In this document: positions 1 through 11,540 of the stretch, piece after piece
How positions within the stretch are numbered: position 1 is the stretch's first letter
Layout of the letters: the number at the start of each line of letters is the position of its first letter
NCBI GenBank assembly: GCA_013265495.1
Contig: MU057786.1
Span: forward strand, 186,001 to 250,000
Direction: 5' to 3'
Source of the DNA: Vicugna vicugna
Lineage: Eukaryota
Length of the DNA stretch: 64,000 nucleotides
Program-made: the position numbers and the translations under genes
The notes under the pieces: model-generated
The model's database searches: none
The model's input: the letters and a program-made list of their open reading frames with translations, nothing else
Told to the model about the DNA's origin: nothing

Positions 1-302
1 TCTCCAAGTCTAGTGGCTTTAGCATAGCACTCATTTATCTCCTGCTCATGCTACTTGTCCATCGTTGGTCATTTAGGAGCTTGGCTCATCATGATCACTC
101 AGCTTACATATTGCTAGTTGCTATACTAGAGGGAAAGAGAGCTCTGGGGGTCTCCGCCTGGATGTGACACATCTCACTTCTATTTATAACTAGTCGTGTG
201 GTTCCAACTAGTCTTAAGGGATCCAGGAAGCACAGTCCTGAGATCTGCCTAGAAGGAGGAGAACTGGAAATATTTGGTGAATGACACAAGTATCTACTAC
301 CC
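1..302 (-). mobile_element. MaLR LTR fragment (MLT1I/L-like), cut by the window edge
   Basis: Blocks 'tagtggcttt..atttatctcctgctcatgctac', 'gggaaagagagctctgg', 'gtgacacatctcacttc' and 'ggaaatatttggtgaa' follow the order of a reverse-complemented old MLT1 LTR. Confidence 0.65.
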
Positions 303-360
303 AATTCACATCAAAACAGCCCTCCCATTTCCTTGCTGACTCATTAAAATGACAACAGTG

Positions 361-385
361 AAACAAACAAACAAACAAACCAAAA
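361..385. repeat. (AAAC)n microsatellite
   Basis: aaacaaacaaacaaacaaac seen directly. Confidence 0.9.
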
Positions 386-2004
386 AGAATTGTAGGTACT
401 GGATCCTGGTTGGACCAAATGCATGGCTCCTGTCAGTTACCCTTTGCCCACTTGTTTAACTTGTCTCCCTGCTCCAGAAAGCACCGGGCAGCCCTTTGGT
501 GTAGTGGGTAGTCAGGAACCCTGGGTCCTCAGCCCTGCCAGGCTCTCAGGAGAGAGCCAGTCTTGTATCTACCAATCCTGTCTTCTGTGAACTAGGGTCT
601 AGACAGGCCCAGTTCTCAGATGACTTGTGCTCAGTGCTTCCTAAGTAATGAGGTGAAGATTGGCATTCCGGCTCATCTGGTGCTGGCACCAGCACCCATG
701 GGCCCCTACTGCTGGGCTTCAGCAAGCCTGCACTTCCTGTGGACTCAGAAGGCCTCCCTGTGACCCTGTTTCTTCTTACAGACACCTCCTGCCCCCACTT
801 CCCACACAGCAGTACTTCTCTGTCTTTTGCTGCAGCATCGGGGCTGGAGTGGAGACTCACCTCTGCCACGGGCTGTCCTGTGACAGCTCCCCTCTCTGGG
901 GGTCTGGCCTCTGAGAGGCATGGGGCTCAGGAAGGCATCTGGGTCTGTGTTCCATATCCCATCAGTTGGGTTCTCTAAGACCTTCCTCCCAGCCTATGAA
1001 TGGCCAGTTTTCTGGCTGATGGCCACAGGCTGGGGAGAGAAAGACCCTGGGTTCTCCCTTCTAGGCCTGAAGCACAGGCAGGGTAGCTGGGAGGTGATTA
1101 GATGGCCCTCTTCTATCTGTTTCTGGGCCCAGTCTGTGGGCGGGGCAGACTCCCAGCAGGTAAAGCTGGGAGCTGCCCACTGGGGTCCAGGGTGGTCCTC
1201 ATCCCAGGCTGTGCCTCGTCCTCCAGCCAGATCTGGGGCATATGGCCCTGACTGGCCCTGTCTACCAAGCTTGCTTCCCTTACATTAGTTCTTTGCCAGA
1301 CCCAGCAGACGCAGCCAGATGCTGCAGCTCCGTCTCTGCCTGCCCTGTTCGTGCTCCTGCTCCTAGCAGTGCTCAGCCTGGCCCTGCCGTGCCTCTGCGT
1401 GAGAACAGACGTAGCGTCCACAAGCCGATGGGGTGGGGGTGGGAGTTGGGCAAGAGTCTTGCTGCTGTCACATGCAGACCGGGGTTCCCGATGCTGCTCT
1501 GTGTCTCACTCTGGGCAGGCTACCACAGTTTCCTTGAGTGGAAGTTGGGGTTAATGACACAGGACCCTGGGACGGTCAGTGGAGGAAATGCACTAAAAAG
1601 CCCAGTTAAGGGCCAGGCACAGAGGTTGAGATGGTTGCTGTAGTGCCAGCCTGAGTGGTCCCAAGGGGCTCTTGGCCTCTTTCCACTTCCTGACCTGGGC
1701 TGGGCAGGCTCTCCCAAGCCCTGCCCCATTTAGGGGAGCTGAGAGTTAATCCCGGCCTTGCTGGTGTCCCAGAAAAGTGGGGAAGCAGGTTAATACTGAC
1801 GATGTGACTCACATAGAGGCTGCCTGGAGCCACCAGTGTGGGTGGTGCTCTGGGAACCCGTAGCCCGTCGCTGCATGGAACTGCAGCCTTCTGCAGCCTC
1901 ACAGCTCTGAGTGCGCATCGGGGCCAGAACCCAGCCCGCCTGGCCCAGCCCCCGAGCAGCCTGCTGTAGAGCCCATAACTTGCTCTATTTGGCGGGCAGG
2001 GGTC

Positions 2005-2160
2005 AGGCAGAGCCTGGTTCAAATCTCAGCTCTGTGACTGATCTGCTGTGTGGTCTTTAAAGGTCGCTCGCCCTGTCCAAGCCTCAGTTTCGGTGTCTGC
2101 GAAGTGGGGCTACCTCAGCGTTGTGGTGATGGATCTAGAGAGGTGATGTACGTACGCATG
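2005..2160 (+). mobile_element. MIR SINE fragment
   Basis: MIR core: 'cctggttcaaatctcagctctg..ctgtgtg..aagcctcagtttc..tctg'. Confidence 0.7.
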
Positions 2161-3209
2161 GCAGGAAGGAGGCCATTGGTCAGCAGCCGTCCACTGGGGT
2201 ACCCAGCAGAGGTGTGCTGAGTCCTGTGCTGGGGTTAAGGGTGTGGGTGGTGGCACACTGTACCCTAAGTAGCCCTTGGTTCTCTCTGTGTCCTGGCTAC
2301 CATTTGCTCTGTTCTCCTGTTCCCTGGACAAGGGTGCATGACTCTCCTTGGTCTCTGGGCCCTGCCTGGGTCTACCAGCCCCCAGGTTAGGGCAGAGACA
2401 TGGACCCCGCTGGTTAGACCCCATCCTCCCTGGGCCCTTGGCTGGAGCTCTTGGCTCAGCCTGTCCATGTGCCGGCCCTAACAAGGCCTGAGCTGAGCCC
2501 CTGCAGGCTCAGCCCAGGGCTGGCCTGGCAGGCGGTCTCCATGCTCTCTCCTCTCCACGCAGCCCTTCTGCTCGGTGCAAAGGCAGAGGCATTAGGTCTT
2601 GCCTTAGCTCTGCTCCTGGACTGGGGCTGGGGGCTTTTTTTCCATCCTTTTGTCTAAGTACCCAGAGGCCTAGGAGGAAGGGTGGGGCCACAGTCTGGGC
2701 CCTAGTCTGGGCTGCAGGCCCAAAGCTCTGAGACCTGAACTCGGCACTGGGCTGGGCTCCCGGGGCTTGTCACCGTGGTGCCCATCTTTGGAGACCAGTG
2801 CCAGGCGCTGAGGGGCCCTGACTTGGCTCTGCCCCAGGGTCCTGGCTGCCTTCCCTGTCATGGCCGCAGACATCAGGTGCTGCTCCCCCTCAGCCCTGGG
2901 TGGTTCCAGGGCCCCTGCCCTCACTTGCCTCTCCCTCCCTCCCGGGCTCTTACTGAGGGGGTTGGCCCCCCAGGGCCTCAGGGCCCACACATGTGGGATG
3001 AGATCCCTGCAGCTCCCAGGGCCATTACACTGGGATACACTGACCTGAGGCTCTCTCCCCACCTCAGCCCTTTAAATGTTTAAAGACAGCCACTGTGCCT
3101 GCAGACTTTTTCAGGCTTCACATCCTGCAGCCTGAATATTTCTCACTTGGTTCTCTTTTTGACATGTTGATTTTGTTCCTGCCCCTTTTAACACACAGCA
3201 TCCCGGATG

Positions 3210-3385
3210 TCTCTTGACAAGGGATTTAACTTGCTGACCTCAGCTTTACCACCCATAAAATGGAGACAGTGGTACCTCCCTTAACAGGTTGTCTCAAAGA
3301 CCAAATGAGGTAATAACAGTGAAGAACTTAGCTGGTGCCTGGCACTAAAGAGGCGCTCAGGAAACAGGAGCCACAGTTACTGTCC
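3210..3385 (+). mobile_element. MIR SINE fragment
   Basis: 'cctcagcttt..cataaaatggaga..gtacct..caggttgt..aaatgag..tgcctggcac'. Confidence 0.7.
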
Positions 3386-4439
3386 TCATGATGTCTGACC
3401 AGTGCAGAGGGAGAGGCATGGTCACTGCTGGTCCTGGATGCTCTGCTGACACTAATGAAGCCCTAGTTAGTACTCCTGCTATGGGTCTGGGTGAGGCTCA
3501 GGTCCTCGAGCCCAGGGCTTTTGCCCAAGAAAGGGTGATGCATCAGAGAACCCCTCCTGGAGCCTGTGCAGGTGATGGATTCCAGTGTGTGACTTCACAC
3601 CTGCTCCTTTAAAGTCCAGCCTGCTCAGAGCTTGTGAGTCTCGCTCATGCCTTCCAGAGGGTTGCCTCTCCTTCCCAGCCCTGAGCCAGCCTGCAGGGTG
3701 TCTGTGTCTCTCTTACCCACCTCCAAAACCCTCGGCAGGCTGGGCCTGGGCCGATCCTGCTGCTCGGCTCCCCAGCTTACTGCGTGGCTCCACATGGGGT
3801 CACTGGCCAGTACGCGTGGGACACGGGATCTTATCTGTGGGGAATCACTGATGTACCACTAACGGCTGCATTTCTGCCCCGACTCCATCCTGTGTTCTGT
3901 TTCTACCCATGTACACTCTATATATGGACTTTACAGAATCACAGCACACAGGGTCTTCTAGGGCCTGGACTCCAGACTGTCCATTCCTTCACTGTAGAAG
4001 CCTTGTGGGCAGTCACCTGGGTGGCCCTGGGAGCCAGTCCAGGAACCTCACTGAGGGGAGGAATGCGGAGTGCTTGGCAGCTGTGGTCTAGTACAGGCTC
4101 CTGGTGTTGGCCTGTTAAAAAGCGGAGGCATCTCTCAATACCCATTGTCTATGGACCCCTGTGCCCAGGGCTGTGTGAGCATTGTCTCGGAGAGCAGAGG
4201 GAAGCAGAGGTTGCTTCGGAAATGTGAAGGAACCTCGGAAGCTAAGCAGGGTTGGGCCTGGTTAGTACTTGGATGGGGGAAACGTGAAAGATTGGTAGCC
4301 GAGCCAGCATTCTCCTTGTTCCTTGCCTGCCCTCCCACTATGCACGTGACCCTCCCCCTATCTCAGGCCTTTGTCCAGTTCTCCCCACCTCCACCGCCAT
4401 GTCCCCAGCCTCAGCTTGGATCTTTGTGGTCACTTACTG

Positions 4440-5060
4440 TTCCCCGCCTCTGCTCTCCCTTCCAGGCCTCTGTCCATGCAGCAGCCAGAGTTACCTGAAA
4501 AATTAATTCAGTCACCTCCCTCTCCTATTGAAACCCTTCAGTGGCTCCTTGCAGTACTGAGAATAAAATCCAGACCCCTTGTCAGAGCCTGCAAGCCACC
4601 AAGTACCCCAACAAGGGCTGAGCTCACCTGCTTCACTGCCGCCACTCCTCCTGACATCTCTGCTTCAGCCACCTTGACTTTCTTCCTGTATCTCCAACAG
4701 GTGAAGCAAGCTCCCACCCCGGGGCCTTTGCACATGCTATCCACCCCCACCTGGAAGGCTCTTCACATGACAGGCTCTTCCTCAGCCTCAGCTATTCCTC
4801 AGATCTCACCTCCTCAGAGAGGCTCCCCTTGGCTCCAAGTAGGGCCCCTCCCATTCCCTGACAAAGCCTTCTTTTCCTTCTTTGCCAGCTTCCCCACCTG
4901 CAATTGCGTTATTAGTTTATTTGTGAGGAGCCTCAGATCTGTGAGGGCGGGGACTCGTCTGTGTCATTCACTGCTCAGTTCCTAGAGCCAAGCCTGTGTG
5001 CCGTGGGTCATGGGTGTGCAGTAAAAGCCCCTGGATGGATAATAGGACAGACGGACAAAT
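4440..5060 (+). mobile_element. L2 LINE 3' fragment
   Basis: L2 hallmarks: 'cagcagccagagt', 'aaacccttcagtggctcc', 'agaataaaatccaga', 'gggcctttgcacatgct', 'tgtgagggcggggactcgtctgt'. Confidence 0.8.
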
Positions 5061-5625
5061 GGGACCTCTGTTCTCTGAGAGCCCCTCAAGCTCAGGGTCT
5101 TGCTTTCATGCTCAGAACCACTCGGGGCCCCACGGCATGCGGGCTGCAGGCTTGTTGCATTTATAAGCAGCCCCGTCCTGCCACCTTGTGCCGGCCTTTC
5201 TCTCCTGGTCAGCTTCTGGATTTGAAGATCTCCCTCCTGGCAAGAAATGATAGGAGCTGATGGCACAGCCTCTCCCTGGCAGTGGCCACTTTCACTGGGG
5301 AGGCTATGGCCCAGCACAAAGGCTACAGTCACATTGTGGGGGGGGCAGTTCTTATGCTCACGGGCTGGAGCGGGTAATAGACTTGGGGGACCCATTTCTG
5401 GAAGGTGTCTCCCCGCCTGAGCTGTTCTGTCAGGAGCTCAGGGCCATTGGCCTGTCCATCCCCTCTGACGCGTGCCTGTGGGGCTGGGAGTGGGTGGGGA
5501 GGGAAGGGAGGTTCCCCGGGGGAAGTAGACCCTCACCCTGGGCTCCAGGTGCTGGCATTGGGGGCTCTGTGGCGTGATTGACGCACAGGGTATAAGCCAG
5601 GATCTGGGTTCTTCCAGATCCATTC

Positions 5626-5937
5626 TTTTTTTTAAATTGAAGTCTAGTCGATTTACAATGTTGTGTTAGTTTCTTTTGTACAGCATAGTGATTCAGTTAT
5701 ATACATATAGATTTTATTTTCATTATAGATTATTACAAGTTACTGAGTATAAGCTCCCTGTGCTCTACAGCAGGACCTTGTTTATCTCTTCTGTATATAG
5801 TAGTTTGTATCCGCTCATCCCACACTCCCAATTTATCCCTCCTCTCTGCTTTTCCCCCTGGTAACCATGTTTCTTTTCTGTGTCTGTAAGTCTCTTTCTG
5901 TTTTGTAAAGAAGTTCATTTGCATCTGGGTTTCGATT
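5626..5937 (-). mobile_element. 5'-truncated L1 3' UTR (artiodactyl-type)
   Basis: Poly(T) followed by 'aattgaagtctagtcgatttacaatgttgtgttagtttc..gtacagcatagtgattcag..ccctgtgctctacagcaggacc..ggtaacc..aagttcattt', the reverse complement of an L1 3' UTR. Confidence 0.9.
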
Positions 5938-7035
5938 CTTGTCTCCCATCTGGGAATCCTCTGGTGGGCTTGGGAGCCTGCAGACTCTGGCCTCAGTCTC
6001 CACATGTGTGAAATGGGGATGGGGAGGGGAAGGGGGAGGGAGAGACAGGAGCAGCTGGAGGTGTGGGGTTGGCGAGGCTGGCTGTTCAAGCTTGGAAGGG
6101 TGGGCACTGCCGAACCCCCCCCCCCAGCACCCCTGCAGCAGCTGGTGAGCGGAGCCCATTTGCAAGGATGTAGCTGCCAGCCCTGCCATGTTGGCCTCTG
6201 AGGAAGCAGGAATTAGAAGCCTCCTGGTGAGCCAGGGCTGAAGAGGCTTTGAAGCTCTGCAGTTGTTAATGATGGCATCCTCATCAGGAGCAGCCTGCAG
6301 AGCGTGGCTGGGGGTCTGACTGTGTTAGCTCCTGGAACGTCATTAAAGGGAGGACAGCGGGTCTGTGATGAGTATCAGCGCCCACTGAGCAGAGCTGGCT
6401 AGTGCTCCAGGGGAGCTTCTAGATGGCGGGGTGCAGCTGGATGGGGACTGTGTGCCAGCTCTGCTCTAGCCTAGCCTCTGGGACATTCTTCTGGAAGCCC
6501 TCCCTGGCTGCTCTGTTCCCTGAGGGGGCTGGAGCCTTCTCTTTGCGGCCATGCCATCCTGGTCATCTCCCCACATGTCTTAGGGGTCACCTGTGAGGTC
6601 TGGGAGCACAGGCACCATGTGTTCTGCCTCTCAGGATTCCCAGCAATGCAGGACCAGAGCAAGTGTTTGTTGAGTGGCTGTGTGACTGTACCTGAGGCAT
6701 GTACATGTGTGGGCCTGCAAACACACAGGAGTGGTTTGCCTGTGTGTTCAGGTGAGCTCACAGACATAACACCTGCAGATGGGCTGAGACCCTGGTGGTG
6801 GTTGGGTCCAAGGATCATCTGCTTAGAGAGCCCCTTCCTGTCAGGACCCCATTAAGACAGTGACAGGGAGACTGAGCTATGGTGCCCTGGGGTGTGTAGA
6901 GAGTTTCTGCCTCACATGTCTGGGAGGAAGTGGTTGCCCCCATGTGTGCTTCTGGGCCTGCTAAGTTGGACCATCTGAGAATACCACCCCCGAGCCTCAC
7001 ATCAGGGAATCCTGCCGAGGGTCTGAAATCTCCTT

Positions 7036-7255
7036 CTGTGTTAGTTATATTAGTCACATGGGTGTCAGGAGCACCTGTACTGGCCTAAGCAAATAGGGAT
7101 ATTTATCAGGCCATAAAATGGAAAAGGCCTCAGGTTGTGTAACTTCAGGCATGGCTGGATCCAGGGGCTCCAGTGGTACCCTCAGGACATCATCTCCTTT
7201 TCCTCACCCTGTCCCTGCCTTCCCGGGGGTAGGCCTCCCTCCCAGGCAGCCCTAT
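7036..7255 (-). mobile_element. MaLR LTR fragment (MLT1K-like)
   Basis: 'ctggcctaagcaaa..atttat..cttcaggcatggctggatccaggggctc' matches my recollection of the MLT1K reverse strand. Confidence 0.65.
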
Positions 7256-8994
7256 CCGTTCAGAGCCCCCAGAGGCTACCAAGGTCCCAGGATCGCTGCT
7301 CATGGGCCTGGCGGGGAGACAGTCTCCTCCGGATCAGTCCTGGTGCCAGTGGAGTCCCTGGGCTGAGAGTGAAAGGGGCAGAGCGGACATGGGTGGGGTC
7401 ACCTGAAGAAGAGAAAGGAGGCTGGGTCCACACAACACCGGCTTGCCCTCCGCCTTCTCTTTGCTGCCCCCGGAAGTGAGAGCGGTCATGCATCATGGGG
7501 CTTCTCTGCCCATTCCCAAGGTGCTCTGGGGATCAGGGTTGGGCTGGAAGCTGTGGGGCCACACCTGGTGACCGGACAGTGGGCTCCAGGAGACCTCAGA
7601 CCTCGAGGACTTGAAAGCTCTCTGGGGCAGGCGGGGTTAGGAGGGAAAGAGCCAGGCTTTGAGCTCTGTGCTGTGCCTGTGGGGGCAGGGAGGAGACCCG
7701 ATGTGGACTGGGCAGTGTGGGAAGGCTTTCTGGGGGAGGGACACATGCTAGCCCAAAGGTCAGGAGGCTTTGAGTAAAGGAACTGAGTGCTTCAGGCATG
7801 TAGGAAAGAGTGAACCGAGTTGTGGGTGGCATTTGTGGCAATGAGGGAAGTGTGGGGACCAGCCTGGTGGGGTGGGGGTGGGAAGAGGGGAGCGAGCTTG
7901 GGGTCTGACCCCCACCCCTCTGGGTGCCCTGAGGGTCCTCATGGATGTGGTGTGACCAGAACCTCCCTTCACACCCCTAAGTCCTGAAGGGAGGAGGACC
8001 TCATGGCCAGGAGGTGGGCGCACTGCTCTGTGGCCTCCTGCAGGTCCTGGGGTGTCTGCGGTCCTCCTCCTCACTGTGTGTGATGTCAACGTCCTGTTTC
8101 CAGGAAGGGGGTGGGGCAGTGGGACTTGGCCTTAGACACCACACCCGCACTTTATATGTAGCCACAACCCATAACCTTGGCCCCAGACTCAGCCTTTTCC
8201 ACCTGGGAGGGTCTTTCCTATCCCCACACCCTGTTGTGGGCAGGGCTCTTTGCTCCCTTCTGGATGGCTCATTTGTGGTCACCCCTGAGAACTCACTCAG
8301 GTGCTGAGGGAGGGGAAGAAGTCCTAGGTTGGCAGCGAGAGACCTGGCTTTGCACCGTACCCCAGGCCAGCTCTGCTCATCCTTCTGTCTGGTGGTGACT
8401 CTGCCCCAGGCTACCATGGACCCTGGGGGGCTGGACTGACCATGGAAGAATTAGGAGTGCAGGAGGCAGCTGCCTTATCAACAAGGGCTCCCGCATCCTC
8501 CTGGGCAGTTTTTGTCCTGCTCTGAACGACTAATTGAATAAAAATCCTCCACACCATGAGGCAGGGCTCTCTCGGGCTCTGCCTAATCTCGTTAGGAAGT
8601 CCCCTGACAGTCTCATTAGGTGGCTGGCTGATCCGAGAGGTTTGTCTCTGCCACGGGGTGGTCAGGCCCCTGGAGTCTGGACCTGGGATCAGGCCCCTAC
8701 CCTGCTGCCCTCTAAACACAGGCTTAGGCAGAGGTGAGGCTGCATAGCTCTGCCGGCCACCAGCAGTCCTTACTCAATCGGTTACAGTTTGCTGGACTTA
8801 ATTACTTTAAAATTATTAACTTCAGCTGGAGAAAGCAGGCAGTAGGGGTCGAGGAAGGAATGGGAGCCTCCTTAGGGGCGTGAGGCTGGGCAGGCTGATG
8901 GGATGGTTTCTAGCCGGGTCAAGACCACTCTCTGGGAAAGCTCTAGCAGGCCGTCCATCCTGCCTGCCAGGTGTGGCAGGGACGGTCAAGTAGG

Positions 8995-9260
8995 CTAAGG
9001 GTATGATCTGTGCTACAGGAGAATGAAGCCAGCCCAGGAGCCCTGGGCGGACAGATGGGGTGCCTAACCTAGCCTGAGCTTGGGAGCAAGCATGGAGGGC
9101 ATCCTGGAAGAAGTGACTCCTGAGCTGAGTCTTGAGTGGACAATGGTGGTTGGTCAGGTGAAGAAAGGGAGGCCGGCACTCCAGGTGGTGGAACAGCTTA
9201 AGCAAAGGCTCAGAGGTGTAGAAAGGCAGGCTCTGTGAGCTGTCCAGGGTTGCTGGGCAT
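8995..9260 (-). mobile_element. L2 fragment
   Basis: 'gagggcatcctggaagaagtgac..tgagctgagtcttga..ccagg..ggaacagc..agcaaaggctcagagg'. Confidence 0.7.
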
Positions 9261-10639
9261 GGATGGAGGAGGAGGCTACAACAGCCTGGCAGGCCTGCAG
9301 GGATCTTAGCACTTCCTTTCTGTGGTCCTGGCCCCTGGGGCAGGCACTGGGAGCAGGCTGTAGACCCTAGAGGAGACGTTGGGGCCCAGAGCTATATACT
9401 TCGATCTAGGGGAAAGACTCATGGGGGTGGGAAAACCCAAAGGGACAGTCAGCTCCCTTCACTCCCTTCCCCCTAGGGCTCTGTGGGCTCAGGGGCTGAT
9501 GATGGGGACTTGTCCTTGAGGGTGGAGTGCACCCTGCTTGAAGGTTTCAGGATTCTGCATGATGTGGCCCATCCCTATAGCCTAGCTCCTGCCTTCCATT
9601 CCTACCACTACCTGGTCCCCCATGGGGAGGGGGAGAGGAGGGACAGGCTGCCAGGCTATTCTGGGGGTACTGCCTGGCTCCCATTTTGGTGGGGAGACCA
9701 AGGCCCAGAGCCCCAATTTCCTGCTGATGGGTGTGGTAGCCCTGCTCCTGTCTTTGCAGGCTGGGCTTTTCTCAGAGTCACTTTATTACATATGCTATTA
9801 AGACGGTGATAACTTAAGCATCCTTGCATTTCACAGCTGCTAGAGCCAGAGGCTATCTGCGCAAGCCCAAACCAGAGCCTGAGACGCAGGCGGATGTGCA
9901 CTTTGGAACATGTTCTAAAGGCACAGGAAGCTTGAACCAGGGAAGCAGGGAAAGCCAGTGCAAGCTGGGCATTGCCCCACTTGGGGCTTATTCTCACTGG
10001 GCCATCCAAGAAGCCGTGTAGACTGCCTGCCTCTTGTATTGTCCTCCTGGTGAAGGGGGTGTTTAACTACCAGCCCATCTCCAGGTCAGAGTGGCCTGCA
10101 GACATTCCCTCCCCAGCTCTTCCAGGCTTGCACAGCTGCTTTAGCTGGATAGGCTTCCATGGGTGCCTCGTGTGGTGCCATCAGGGGTCCCTCTGGCAGG
10201 GGAAGTGTTGTTGCCATGGTACACCTGTGTGCAGCTGGTCACCATAGCAACAGGTCTAAAGGTGGGGTGAGAGGATGTGACATGGGCCACAAAAGTTGTC
10301 TAGAGACTCAAATTCTGCCAGACTTCTTAAAATAGCCTAACGGTGAAGTTTTAGGCATCAGGGCAGGGACCTCCCTGATGTCTGGAAATCATACTCTGTA
10401 AACATACTTTGGTCCCCAAAGGGGCTGATGTAGGAGAGACTGGTACCCTGATCTCCTCCCCATGCCTGATGGCATCGCTAGACCTGATGGCCTCAGAGGC
10501 AGTGGCTAGCTCTTGTTTGTCCCTGTTCCTCTCCCAGCCTCTGGCCCAGCATTGGGCACATGAAGGTTCCTGGTCAGTTCTGATTGGCGGAGGCAGGTGG
10601 GGCAGTTGGGAGTCCCTGAATGGACTTTGACATTAGACA

Positions 10640-10836
10640 ATAACCTAGCTGGCCTTGAATCCCTCCCGTGCCTCTCGCTGGCTGTGTGATTCAGAGCAGT
10701 AATTCCACTTACGTTTCTGAGCCTCAGTTTCTTCATCTATAAAAATGGGAACACTTACATTTACCTTGAAGAATTGTCTATAGAGTTCAAAGGAATGGTA
10801 TATATACCGGGCATGCATATAGTAGGTGCTCATTTA
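10640..10836 (+). mobile_element. MIR SINE
   Basis: 'gctgtgtga..tctgagcctcagtttcttcatctataaaaatggga..atagtaggtgctca'. Confidence 0.85.
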
Positions 10837-11503
10837 TTCCCTGCCCGCATGTCTACGAACGGGTGACTCTGTGCCACCCACTGTGCTGGGCATGTGTGAG
10901 CACAGCAGACCCAGCCCTCATCCTCAGGGATCTCAGACAGGTGTCATTGCCCAGGCTGTGCCCCGGGGATCCCGATTTCACAGGCCAGGGCAGGGCCCAG
11001 GCACGGGTATTCTGTAAGTGCTTCCTGGGTGGCACTAATGTGCTGTGGGACCTGCCTGTCATCACTGGCCCTTAATGACGGAGAGGGATGCTGAGGCTGG
11101 GCCCAACCTCCCAGACACCTTCCTGCCTCCCAGGAGGTAGCTAATGGGGGTGCTTATCACCATAGATGTCCTTCATTACAGCTCTCCCTGGGCTTCTCCA
11201 GTTCAGACTGTGCTCAGAAACGCACACCTCTGCCCCACAAGGAGGTGTTCCTGGCTGGGCCGTGAACTGTCATTTGGTCCACCTCCCTGTCTCAGACCCC
11301 TTGGTTTTCCCTCCCCAGACACTGGGCTCTGGATTTCAGAGAGAGGACAAGGAGAGGCAGGCAACACTAACTTTGGGACTGGGGTCTCCAGAGAGGACCT
11401 TCCCACCTTGGCTGACTTGGGGACCACCTCCTTTCCCAGTTTGGGGGCCTCAACCACCAGATGCTCTGTACGCCCAGCAGCTTGGAGCGGAAGGTGGCTC
11501 ACA

Positions 11504-11540
11504 TTCTTTGCAAGGAGTATTTCTCTGCAAGGAGTATTTC
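11504..11540. repeat. 17-bp tandem duplication (TTCTYTGCAAGGAGTAT x2)
   Basis: Copies at 11504-11520 and 11521-11537 differ at one base and are followed by a partial third unit (TTC). Confidence 0.9.

Noticed and set aside
9907..9916. Perfect p53 half-site GAACATGTTC
   Set aside because: There is no adjacent second half-site, and isolated half-sites are expected by chance.
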